From contig CAVQXP010000004.1 in NCBI GenBank assembly GCA_963717935.1, positions 1,856,001 through 1,920,000 on the forward strand: DNA of 64,000 nt, read 5' to 3'. The notes beneath the pieces were generated by a model. The model saw only the letters and a program-made list of their open reading frames with translations, was not told where the DNA came from and did not search any database. Below, in pieces: positions 12,267-21,645 of this stretch. The number at the start of each line of letters is the position of its first letter. Position 1 is the first letter of the stretch. This DNA comes from Candidatus Eiseniibacteriota bacterium. GTDB lineage: Bacteria; Eisenbacteria; RBG-16-71-46. The translations under genes and the position numbers were made by a program.

Positions 12267-13801
12267 ATGGCCAAGCTCGTCGAATGCGTCCCGAACTTCT
12301 CGGAAGGCCGCCGCCGCGAGGTGGTGGAGGAGATCATGCAGGCCATCGCGTCCGTTCCCGGCGTCACGCTGCTCGACAGCGAGATGGACGCGGACCACAA
12401 CCGCTCCGTGCTCACCTTCGCGGGCGAGCCCGATCCGGTGATGGAGGCGGCGTTCCGCGCGGTGAAGCGCGGCAGCGAGCTGATCGACCTGACCCAGCAC
12501 CGGGGCGAGCACCCGCGCATGGGCGCGGCCGACGTGGTGCCGTTCGTGCCGGTCGAGGGCCTGACGCTCGAGGACTGCGCCGAGCTGGCGCGGCAGGACC
12601 GGGAAGCGGATCGGCGAGGAGCTGGGCATCCCGGTGTTCCTCTACGAGGCGGCGGCCACGCGGCCGGACCGCGTGACCCTCGCGGACGTGCGGCGCGGCG
12701 AGTTCGAGGGGCTGCGCGAGCGGATCGGCAAGGACCCGACGAGCAAGCCCGACTTCGGCCCCGAGCGCATCCACGCGACCGCGGGTGCCACCGCCGTGGG
12801 GGCCCGGCGCTTCCTGGTCGCCTTCAACGCCAACCTGAACACGCCCGACCTGCGCGTGGCCAAGGCCATCGCGGCGTCGATCCGCGAGCAGAGCGGGGGC
12901 CTCAAGAACGTGCGGGCGCTCGGCTTCTCGATCGAGGGCGGACGGCGGGCGCAGGTGAGCATGAACCTGGTGAACACCGAGGCCACGCCCATCCACCGCG
13001 TACTGGCGCTGGTGCGCGAGGAGGCGGCGCGGCACGGCGCAGCCATCTCGGGCTGCGAGGTCGTGGGGCTGGTGCCCGAGTACGCGATGCTCGACGCGGC
13101 CGAGCACTACCTGCAGCTCGAGAGCTTCAGGCGCGATCAGGTGCTGGAGCTGCGCCTCAAGGCGCCGCCGCTCACCGAGGCGACCTCGGTGGCGTCGTTC
13201 TTCGACTCGGTCGCCTCGCCGACGCCCACGCCGGGCGGGGGCACGGTCTCGGCCTTCGTCGGGGCGCTGGCCGCGACTCTGCCGGCCATGGTGGCCGGTC
13301 TCACGCTGGGGAAGAAGAAGTACGCCGCGCACGAGGAGGCCATGAAGGAGGTGCGGCGCAAGGCCGCGGGGCTGCGGGGGCGGCTGCTGGGGCTGGCGCG
13401 CAAGGACAGCGAGGCCTTCGAGGCGGTGCTGCGGGCCCGGAAGTTGTCCGCAGGCCAGCCCGGCCGACGCCGAGGCGCGGGAAAAGGCCATGGCGGCGGC
13501 GGACTTGGAGTCGATGCGGGTGCCACTCGAGACGGCCCAGGCCTGTCTCGAGGTGCTCGAGCTGGCTGCCGAGGTCGCGGAGAAGGGCAACGTCAACGCC
13601 GCCAGCGACTCGGGCGTGGCGGGGTTGCTGGCCCACGCCGCGGCAGAGGGCGCGCTGCTCAACGTGGAAATCAACCTGAAGTCCGCCGGGCAATCCGCCG
13701 ATAAAACCGACATCGAGATGGGCCTGCAACGCATCCGGACGGCACTAGGCCCGGCGGCTCGGCGCTGCCAGGATGCCGTGCATGCCGCCTTGAGCGCTTG
13801 A
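12267..13801 (+). CDS. ftcD: Bifunctional glutamate formiminotransferase / formiminoTHF cyclodeaminase; frameshifted
   Basis: ECVPNFSEGR, DADHNRSV, GEHPRMGAADVVPF, QVSMNL, then cyclodeaminase PTPGGG and GNVNAASD. Shifts near 12597 and 13450. Confidence 0.9.
13677..13705 (+). promoter_or_regulatory. sigma28 (FliA/WhiG)-like promoter inside the ftcD 3' end, upstream of the TPR gene
   Basis: TGAAG(13677-81)-N15-GCCGATAAA(13697-705). Confidence 0.55.
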
Positions 13802-13876
13802 CAGGGACTGCGTCATGGCGGGAGGGCTGCTGCCTTCGGGACCGGTGCGGCAGCATGCTCCGCGGAGAAAGCCAGC

Positions 13877-15889
13877 TTGGAAAAGGCGATCGACATCAAG
13901 CGACGGGCACAGCGTTGTTTCCAGAGCGGCGATCTGGATGGCGCCCTAAGCGAGTACGAGAAGCTCACCCGTGTTGAGGACGCCGAACCCATCAACATGG
14001 TCCTCATGGCGGACCTCCTGTACAAGAAGGAGGATCTTGCCGAGGCGTCCCGGCGTTACCTGCAGGCGGTAGGCGCCTACACGGAGACAGGGCTCTACAA
14101 GAACGCCATCGCGGTCTGCAAGAAGATGGCGCGGCTGTCGCTGTCCCTGACCGTCGTGCTGCAGCGGCTCGCCGAACTCCACCTGCTCGATGGGCTGAGC
14201 ACCGAGGCGGCGCTCTACTACCAGGAATACGCCGAGCACCTGGCGCGCGAGGAGGACTTCCGCGGGGCCGCCGCCAGTCTGCGCAAGGCTTTCGAGGCCT
14301 CGCCCGAGAACCCCCGGTTGCTCGAAAGGGCGGCCGAGTGGCTGCTGCAGGTGGGGGATGCCGCAGCGGCGGCGGCCTTGCTGATCGAGGCGTCGCGCCA
14401 TTTCACGCGGCGGGGACAGTCCGGTGACGCGGCGCGTGCGCAGGCGCGGGCAGGGGAGTTGGCGCCGGGCGCTGCCGCGACGCAGGAGGCGCAGGAGGCG
14501 CGGGTGGACGCCGAGGCCGCCGCAGTGCAGGAGGCGCAGGTGGACGCCGGGGCCGCCGAGGCGCAGGAGACGCAGGTGGCCGCCGAGACCACCGAGGCGC
14601 AGGAGGCGCGGGTGGACGCCGAGGCCGCCGAGGCGCAGGAGGCGCAGGTGGACGCCGCGCCCGCCGAGGCGCAGGAGGCGCAGGAGACGCAGGTGGACGC
14701 CGAGGCCGCCGAAGCGCAGGAGGCGCAGGTGGACGCCGAGGAGACCGCCGCAGCCGTGACCCCGGTCCTGGCTGCGGAGCCCCCTGCCGAGTTCGTGCCG
14801 GAGGCGGCGCCCCCGCCCATGGAGGATCTCGTGAGCGGCCTCGAGTCACGACCCACGTTCGAGAGCCCACCCGTGGGGGACGTGCCACCCGAGGAGGCTC
14901 CTGCGGGCGTGACGCCCCCGGTGCCCGGCGGTCTGCGCTTCGAGCCGGCCTCCGCGACGGGGAGCTCGATGACGCCGGAGATGTCGGACGTCGAGGACCT
15001 GCTGCGCCGGGCGGCGGATCGCTTCAAGGAGGGGGAGCAGGATCTGGCGGCCGATGCGCTGATCGAGGCGGCCCGGGCCTACGAGTCGCTCGACCGGCTG
15101 GAGAGTGCCGCTGCCATCTACCGCAGCCTGGGCCGCAGCACTCACGCCACGCCCGAGGTGCTGGGCCTGTGGCTCAGGAACTGTGAGCTGCGCCGCGAGG
15201 GCCGCGAGGCGGCCGAGGTGGCCTGCGGGCTCGGCGACTGTGCGTTGAACGACGGCGACCTGGAGCGTGCGCGCGAGTGGTTCGTGCGCGCCGTGGGGCA
15301 CGTCCCCGACCACGAGTTGGCCACCCGCCGGCTCCAGAGGCTGGGACAGCGTGCGGCTGAAGTCGCCCCCGCGGCCAAGAACGACCCGCCGGGCGCGATC
15401 ACGGGATCCGACGGCCGGGTCGAGGTGGCGGTCGGTCGCGCGCAGGCCGTGACTCTCGACCTGGGCTCGGTGATCGCGGAGTTCCAGCGCGGGGTCGAGT
15501 CCCAGCTTTCGGGTGATGCCCAGAGCCATTACGATCTGGGCATGACCTACCGCGAGATGGGACTGCTCGAACAGGCCGTGGAGTGTTTCCGCACCGCGGC
15601 GCTGGATTCCGCCTTCGGTCAGCGCTCGGCCGAGATGATCGGCCGTTGCCTGCTCGACCAGGGGCGTTTCGACGACGCGGCTGCGGAGTTCGCGCGCGCG
15701 CTGGAGGGCCTCGGGGATTCGTCCGAGGCGGGCGTGTGCCTGCACTTCCAGCTCGGGCTGGCGCACGAGGTCGCGGGCCACCTGCCCGAAGCGCTGGCCG
15801 AGTTCGAGCGCGTCTACGCGGTGCAGCCCAACTACCCGGATGTGGCGCAGAAGCTCCGCCTCCTGCGCAGGGCACCGGAGCGAGTCTGA
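13877..15889 (+). CDS. Tetratricopeptide-repeat protein with acidic repeat linker (SgmX-like architecture)
   Basis: N-terminal TPR array (KNAIAVCKKM), acidic linker, C-terminal TPRs DAQSHYDLGMTYREMGLLEQAVECF and PNYPDVAQKL; TTG start. Confidence 0.8.
   Translation: MEKAIDIKRRAQRCFQSGDLDGALSEYEKLTRVEDAEPINMVLMADLLYKKEDLAEASRRYLQAVGAYTETGLYKNAIAVCKKMARLSLSLTVVLQRLAELHLLDGLSTEAALYYQEYAEHLAREEDFRGAAASLRKAFEASPENPRLLERAAEWLLQVGDAAAAAALLIEASRHFTRRGQSGDAARAQARAGELAPGAAATQEAQEARVDAEAAAVQEAQVDAGAAEAQETQVAAETTEAQEARVDAEAAEAQEAQVDAAPAEAQEAQETQVDAEAAEAQEAQVDAEETAAAVTPVLAAEPPAEFVPEAAPPPMEDLVSGLESRPTFESPPVGDVPPEEAPAGVTPPVPGGLRFEPASATGSSMTPEMSDVEDLLRRAADRFKEGEQDLAADALIEAARAYESLDRLESAAAIYRSLGRSTHATPEVLGLWLRNCELRREGREAAEVACGLGDCALNDGDLERAREWFVRAVGHVPDHELATRRLQRLGQRAAEVAPAAKNDPPGAITGSDGRVEVAVGRAQAVTLDLGSVIAEFQRGVESQLSGDAQSHYDLGMTYREMGLLEQAVECFRTAALDSAFGQRSAEMIGRCLLDQGRFDDAAAEFARALEGLGDSSEAGVCLHFQLGLAHEVAGHLPEALAEFERVYAVQPNYPDVAQKLRLLRRAPERV
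14486..14746 (+). repeat. Coding tandem repeat, 7 x 36 bp (EAQEAQVDAEAA)
   Basis: Consensus gaggcgcaggaggcgcaggtggacgccgaggccgcc; unit 6 has an extra 9-bp gaggcgcag. Confidence 0.9.
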
Positions 15890-16734
15890 TGCACCGGCCG
15901 CCTGAGCCCGGAGGCGGTCGCCGCGTCGATCTCCACGCACACACCCTCTTCAGCGACGGCGTGCTCACGCCCGAAGCGGTCGTGACGCACGCCCTGGAGC
16001 GCTCGCTGGCCGCACTCGCCATCACCGACCACGACTCGGTCGAGGGCGTGGAGCGCGCGCGGATCGCGGCGGGGACGGCCCTCGAACTGGTGCCGGGGAT
16101 CGAGGTCTCGTCCACGCTGGACGGCGCCGACCTGCACATCCTGGGCTACTACCTCGACCCCGGGGACGAAGAGTTGGCGGACTCGCTGGGGCGCTTCCGC
16201 GAGGAACGGCTGCGGCGCGCTCAGTCCATGGTCGAGCGCCTGCGCGCCCTGGGCGTGCCGGTGGACCTCGATGAGGTCGTCGAGCTGGCGGGGCCGGGTG
16301 TGGTGGGCCGCCCGCATGTCGCCGAGGCGCTCGTGCGCGCCGGGCACGTCGAGACGGTGGACGAGGCGTTCCGGCGCTTCATCGGGGCGCGGGGCGAGGC
16401 GTTCGTGCAACGGCCCGCGTTTCGTCCCGAGGACGCCATCGCGCTGATCCACGCGGCGGGCGGTGTGAGCGTGCTGGCTCATCCGGGGGCGTCGTTGTCC
16501 GACCTGGTGGTGGAGCAGTTGGCCGCGGCGGGACTGCGCGGCATCGAGGTCTGGCACCCCCAGCACGGTGCGGCGGCGGTGCGGCGCTTCCACGCCCTGG
16601 CGCGGCGCCTCGATCTGCTGGAGACGGGTGGCTCGGACTACCACGGGTGGCCGCGAGGAGCGGCACTGGGTGAGTTGCCGGTGCCGGCGAGCGTGCTCGG
16701 CCCGCTCAAGCAGGCGGCCGGCGTTCCGGGTTGA
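15889..16734 (+). CDS. PHP-domain phosphoesterase (YciV/TrpH-like)
   Basis: DLHAHTLFSDG, AITDHD, GIEVS, HILGY, GRPHVA, LAHP, TGGSDYHG. Confidence 0.92.
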   Translation: MHRPPEPGGGRRVDLHAHTLFSDGVLTPEAVVTHALERSLAALAITDHDSVEGVERARIAAGTALELVPGIEVSSTLDGADLHILGYYLDPGDEELADSLGRFREERLRRAQSMVERLRALGVPVDLDEVVELAGPGVVGRPHVAEALVRAGHVETVDEAFRRFIGARGEAFVQRPAFRPEDAIALIHAAGGVSVLAHPGASLSDLVVEQLAAAGLRGIEVWHPQHGAAAVRRFHALARRLDLLETGGSDYHGWPRGAALGELPVPASVLGPLKQAAGVPG

Positions 16735-16767
16735 GCGTCCCGCCGGGCTCCGCCCGCCGCCGTTCCG

Positions 16768-16797
16768 TTGACTTGCGCGCGCGGGTGACCTTACTCT
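16768..16797 (+). promoter_or_regulatory. sigma70-like promoter of the ECF S-component gene
   Basis: TTGACT-N18-TACTCT, 12 nt before ATG 16810. Confidence 0.5.
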
Positions 16798-16809
16798 GCG
16801 CGTGCCCTC

Positions 16810-17382
16810 ATGAACGACCTCCCGCCTTCCGCGGAGCCTGCGATCGCGCGACCGCTGCTCACGTCCCGCCGCCTTGCGTACATGGCGCTGCTCGTGGCTG
16901 TCTGCCTTGCGGGGGCGTATGCGCCACGCCCGCCGGACTTCGAGGTGCAGACCCTCGGGATCTTCGGGGCCGGCGTGCTGCTCGGGGCCCGCGACGGCGC
17001 TCTGGTGGGGGGGCTCACGATGCTGGTGTACTCGCTGCTGAACCCCTACGGGCCGGCCCATCCGCTCGTGACCCTGGCTCAGGTGCTCGGCCAGGTGCCG
17101 GCCGGGTTCGCAGGGGGGATCTTTGCGGCACTGGGGCTGCAGGGGCGTCCCGTGGCCGTGCGCGGCGTCGTGCTCGTGGGGCTGGCGCTGGTGCTCACCC
17201 TCTGGTTCGACCTGGTGACCAACGTGGCGACCGGTCTGGTCTTCGGCCAGATGCGCGTCGTCCTCCTGCAGGGGATCCCATTCGCGTTATGGCACACCGG
17301 CTCCAACGTGCTGCTCTTCGTGCTGCTCGGTACGCCGCTCGTGGCGGTGTTCGGGCGCTATCGGGCGCGGCTCTCCTCCTGA
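16810..17382 (+). CDS. ECF transporter S-component-like membrane protein
   Basis: 190 aa, about 6 hydrophobic segments, PDFEVQTLGIFGAG, YSLLNPYG, GIPFALWHTGSN. Confidence 0.7.
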   Translation: MNDLPPSAEPAIARPLLTSRRLAYMALLVAVCLAGAYAPRPPDFEVQTLGIFGAGVLLGARDGALVGGLTMLVYSLLNPYGPAHPLVTLAQVLGQVPAGFAGGIFAALGLQGRPVAVRGVVLVGLALVLTLWFDLVTNVATGLVFGQMRVVLLQGIPFALWHTGSNVLLFVLLGTPLVAVFGRYRARLSS

Positions 17383-19093
17383 CGCTCGGCGCGCCCGCGG
17401 CGCGTGGGCAGGCCCCGGAGGCCGGGGCCGCCGCGCTCGCGGGTTCGGGGCTGTTGGATGCGGTCTCGTGGTGGGGCGAGCCGGGACGCGCCGGCTGGCT
17501 GCCCGGGGCCTGGCTCGGCATGGCGCCCCCCTCCTCACTGGCCGGGTTGGCGCTGGGGGGCTGGCACCTCGAGGAGCCGGGCCGCGCGCCGGCCTCCACG
17601 CCGTGGCCGGGTGTCTGCCAGGCCCGCTCACCGCTCGCCTGGTACGACTCCCTCGAAGTGCGGGGGACGGGCGGGGGGCGTTCGCCGGATTCGGCGGGGC
17701 GATCGCCGGCCTGCGCGGGCACACGCCGGTCGCGGAGCGGCGGGCGCGGGCCACGTTCTCCCTCGTCAACGGCTCGGGGGGGCTCGACGGGAACGCCCTC
17801 ACCCTGGTCAGGGGGGACTCGCTGCGGGGCTTCGGTGTGGACGTGGCGAACGGGAAGTGCGGTGCGACGGGGGGGCTTCAACTTGCCGGCCGTCACCAGT
17901 GGGGCGCGCACGCGAACCTGACGCGGGGGCGTCATGAATTCCAGGCGAGCGTCGCTCAGCGTGGTGCCGCGACACAACTCGTGGGCCTGGAGGAGCAGTC
18001 GGCCTCCGGGCAGAGCGGGGCGGCGGCGTGGCGCTGGCAACGCGGTGGGACCGGCTGGACGGCAGCGTTCTCGCGAGGGCTGGACCGGCACGAGAGCTTC
18101 GGTGGTCTGCTCGCGTACTCGCAGCGGGAGGCGCAGGAGACCCGTCTGACGGCGGGCTTCGGGCAGGCGCGCGACGGGCGTGAGCTGAACGCGCGGGCGG
18201 AGTGGACCGAAGGCTCGGTCAAGCGCTTCGGGAGCGGGGCGTTCTCGCGGGAGTGCCGCGGGCTCTGGGGCGCGGTCCGCGTGAAGCTGCCCGCGAGTGG
18301 CGGCCGGCTGGATCTCGCCCTGGGCATGGGCCGCCACGGGGGAGTGGACCGCTTCGAGGTGGCGCCCAGCGCGGAGTTCCAGGTCCGCTCCCGCGGGCTT
18401 GACGCCGCGCTCGGGCTCGAGCGCGTGCTCACGCCCGTGTGGGCGGATCTCGCGCCGGGGACGGAGCCGTTCCTGCAGCACGCCTGGATCGGTACGATGA
18501 GGCTCGCGACCGCGCGGCCCGGAGGCTGGCGCGCGCGTGCCTCGCTGCGGGCGGGGCGTGTCTATTCGCGCGCGCTCCTGGAGCGGTTGCCGCTCGAGGA
18601 TCTGTGGTTGCGCCGTGGGCTGCGCCCCGAGTGCGGGACCTACGACCTCGCGCTCGCCGAGGGTGGGCTCGAGTGGGAGGGGCGGTGTGCCGGCGCGGGC
18701 GTGGAGGGCTTCGGGCTCGCGCACCGCAGCAGGGCCGCGCCAGGTGGCGCCGCGCGTGTCCCCGGCGTGGACCCCGACGTTGGTTGCCGGGCGTGGGTGG
18801 GTGGCCGCACCACGCTCTTCGGCGGTGACCTCGGCGTGGGACTGCGTGGCGAGGCCGCGGGCGTGGGGGTGCGTGAGGCGCAGGTCGAGCCGCTGCGCCG
18901 CCTGCCCGCGTTCGTGACCTTTGCGCTGGTCGGGCAGGTGACGCTGCTGCACGACGCGGTGATCGTGCTGCGGGCGCGCAATCTCGAGGATCGCCCGCGC
19001 GCGCAGCTCTGGACCGATTCGGCGACCGGGTTGCCCGCGGTCACGGAGGGCCGCAACCTGACCCTGAGCTTCGTGTGGAGGCTGTTCAACTGA
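17289..19093 (+). CDS. Outer-membrane beta-barrel, degenerate TonB-dependent-receptor-like; frameshift ~17672
   Basis: Signal peptide MAHRLQRAALRAARYAARGGVRALSGAALLLTLGAPAARG, plug-like LAWYDSLEVRG..AFAGFGGAIAG, alternating beta-strands, RNLEDR and C-terminal LSFVWRLFN. Confidence 0.55.
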
Positions 19094-19170
19094 ACCGGGT
19101 CCCGTGAGCGGACGGGGCCGGCGAAGGCCCCGCCCGGAACGGGAACCGCACGCGCCCCCGCGGAGATCGG

Positions 19171-19629
19171 ATGCCCGCCTGGACGCCGGCGGAGCGGCGC
19201 GGCGCGCTGCTGGTGGCGCTGTTGCTCTCGCTGGGTGCGACGCGTGACCTGTGGCGCGCGACGCATCCGCGGACGCCCCCCCCGCCGCCGGCGACGGCGG
19301 ACGGTTCCGGCGGCCGCCCGGCGGCCGGCGTGGCTACCCGAGTGGAGCGGCCCGGCCCGGTGCCGGGGGAAGCCGCGCCGGCTGTGGACCTCAACCAGGC
19401 GGGGCTCGCCGAGTTGGACGCCCTGCCCGGCATCGGGCCCGTGCTCGCCGGGCGCATCCTGGAGCACCGCAACGCCCACGGCCCGTTCCGGGAGCCGGAG
19501 GACCTGCTCGCGGTGCCCGGCATCGGGCCGCGCCTCCTCGAGCGTCTTCGTCCCCGGATCCGTGTCGGCTCCCCCGCGACCGCAGAAACCGGGTCCGGCG
19601 CGCGTCCGGCCGGCCCGCCCCGGCCCTGA
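19171..19629 (+). CDS. comEA: ComEA-family helix-hairpin-helix DNA-binding protein
   Basis: N-terminal TM (WTPAERRGALL), VDLNQA..ELDALPGIGPVLAGRI..HR...GPF...DLLAVPGIG. Confidence 0.9.
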   Translation: MPAWTPAERRGALLVALLLSLGATRDLWRATHPRTPPPPPATADGSGGRPAAGVATRVERPGPVPGEAAPAVDLNQAGLAELDALPGIGPVLAGRILEHRNAHGPFREPEDLLAVPGIGPRLLERLRPRIRVGSPATAETGSGARPAGPPRP

Positions 19630-19680
19630 GGACGTTGCATTCGGCATGACCGCCCCCGCTTTCCGCGTGTGGATTCCGGT

Positions 19681-19709
19681 TCAGGAGGACGGGGAGACCG
19701 GCCGATAAC
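19681..19709 (+). promoter_or_regulatory. sigma28-like promoter upstream of pilB
   Basis: TCAGG(19681-85)-N15-GCCGATAAC(19701-09). Confidence 0.65.
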
Positions 19710-19878
19710 CCGGGTGAATCGGGACGTCCAAGTGCATCGTGCGGCGGCCGTTCGCTCCTCGAATCCCGGCTGCCGGGATGCACGCCGCTTCCGTTCGCAG
19801 GCTCAAACGCCCCGCGACTCCGTTTCCGCTGTGGCGGAGAGGGTGTCGCGCGGCACGACCACCGCCGGGGACCGATCC

Positions 19879-21573
19879 GTGCAGGAAGACATCGGACAGC
19901 TGCTTCTCGCAGCCCAGCTGATCGACGAGGACGTGCTCAACAAGGCCTCGCTTCAGCAGAAGAGCACGGGCGGGAGCCTGACCGGCAACCTGGTCAAGAT
20001 CGGCGCGCTCAGCGAAGACGCGCTCCTCGAGTTCCTTGCGCGGCACTACGGCACGCCCGCGTTCGATCTGAAGACCTTCGTGCCCGACCCCGCGCTCACG
20101 CGGCTCATCCCGGGGGACATCGCCACCCGGTTCATGGCGCTGCCCGTCTCCCGCAGCGGGCGGCGGCTGGTGGTCGCCATGGCGAACCCCACGAACATCT
20201 TCGCCATCGACGACATCAAGTTCATCACCGGCTACGAGGTCGAGCCGCAAGTCGCGACGGAAGCCGGGCTCAAGAAAGCCCTCGACCGCGCCTACGACTC
20301 GGCCGGCACGATGGCCGACGTGATGAAGGGCATCGAGGACGATCTGTCGGTCGTCGAGGAGGACGACAGCGCCGAGGTCGAAGCGGGGCTCTCGGCGGCC
20401 GACGAGGCGCCGATCGTCAAGCTCGTGAACTCGCTCATCGCCGATGCGGTGCGCAAGGGAGCCTCGGACATCCACGTCGAGCCCTACGAGCGGAGCATGC
20501 GGGTGCGCTTCCGCATCGACGGCGTGATGCAGGAGATGATGTCGCCGCCCTTCAAGTTCAAGGCGGCCATCCTCTCGCGGCTGAAGATCATGGCGGAGCT
20601 GGACATCGCGGAACGGCGCGTGCCGCAGGACGGTCGCATCAAGATCAAGGTGATGAACCGCACCATCGACCTGCGCGTCTCGTCGTTGCCGACGATCTTC
20701 GGCGAGAAGATCGTGATGCGAATCCTGGACAAGGCGAACCTCAACATCGACCTGGAGAAGCTCGGCTTCGAGCCGGCCTCGATGAAGGAGTTCGTCTCGG
20801 CGATCGCCAACCCCTACGGCATGGTGCTGGTGACGGGGCCCACCGGGTCCGGCAAGACCACCACGCTTTACTCGGCGCTCTCGCGCGTGAACACGCCCGA
20901 GGTCAACGTGATGACCGCCGAGGACCCGGTCGAGTACAACCTGGACGGCATCAACCAGGTGCTGGTGCACGAGGACATCGGGCTCACCTTCTCCGCGGCG
21001 CTCAAGGCGTTCCTGCGGCAGGACCCCAACATCATCATGGTGGGCGAGATCCGCGACCTGGACACGGGCTCGATCGCGGTCAAGGCGGCGCTCACGGGCC
21101 ACCTGGTGCTCTCCACGCTGCACACCAACGACGCGCCGAGCGCGATCGGCCGCCTGATCGACATGGGAGTCGAGCCGTTCCTGGTGGCGTCGTCGGTCAA
21201 TCTGATCCTGGCCCAGCGCCTGGTGCGCAAGGTGTGCAGTGGCTGCAAGGCTCCCCTGACGCTCAGCGCGGAGGTGTTGCACGAGCTGCAGCTCACGCCC
21301 GAGCAGGCCGCGAAGGCTTCGTTCGTCGAAGGCCAGGGGTGTGTGGACTGCAACAACACCGGCTACCGCGGGCGCCAGGGCGTGTACGAGGTGATGCCGA
21401 TGACGCCGGCGATCCGCGAACTGGTGCTGGAGCGGGCGTCGGCCAACGAGATCAAGCGGGTGGCCATCGAGCAGGGCATGCTGACCCTGCGCCGGGATGC
21501 GCTGGAGAAGCTCAAGCGCGGCATGACCACGGTCGAGGAAGTGCTCAAGGAGACGGCGGCGGACCAGTTCTAG
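19879..21573 (+). CDS. pilB: Type IVa pilus assembly ATPase
   Basis: GASDIHVEP, PQDGR, GPTGSGKTTT, EDPVEY, LRQDPNIIMVGEIRD, STLHTN, Zn tetracysteine CSGC/CVDC. Confidence 0.96.
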   Translation: MQEDIGQLLLAAQLIDEDVLNKASLQQKSTGGSLTGNLVKIGALSEDALLEFLARHYGTPAFDLKTFVPDPALTRLIPGDIATRFMALPVSRSGRRLVVAMANPTNIFAIDDIKFITGYEVEPQVATEAGLKKALDRAYDSAGTMADVMKGIEDDLSVVEEDDSAEVEAGLSAADEAPIVKLVNSLIADAVRKGASDIHVEPYERSMRVRFRIDGVMQEMMSPPFKFKAAILSRLKIMAELDIAERRVPQDGRIKIKVMNRTIDLRVSSLPTIFGEKIVMRILDKANLNIDLEKLGFEPASMKEFVSAIANPYGMVLVTGPTGSGKTTTLYSALSRVNTPEVNVMTAEDPVEYNLDGINQVLVHEDIGLTFSAALKAFLRQDPNIIMVGEIRDLDTGSIAVKAALTGHLVLSTLHTNDAPSAIGRLIDMGVEPFLVASSVNLILAQRLVRKVCSGCKAPLTLSAEVLHELQLTPEQAAKASFVEGQGCVDCNNTGYRGRQGVYEVMPMTPAIRELVLERASANEIKRVAIEQGMLTLRRDALEKLKRGMTTVEEVLKETAADQF

Positions 21574-21645
21574 TCGCGCACCGGCGCACGGGCCCCGCGA
21601 TCGGCGGGCGTCCGCACTGCCGAATCGGAGAGGAGAGGATCAGAC

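Noticed and set aside
19851..19865. sigma54 site before pilB (CGGCAC-N5-CCGC)
   Set aside because: Lacks the TT of the -12 box and sits too close to the start codon.
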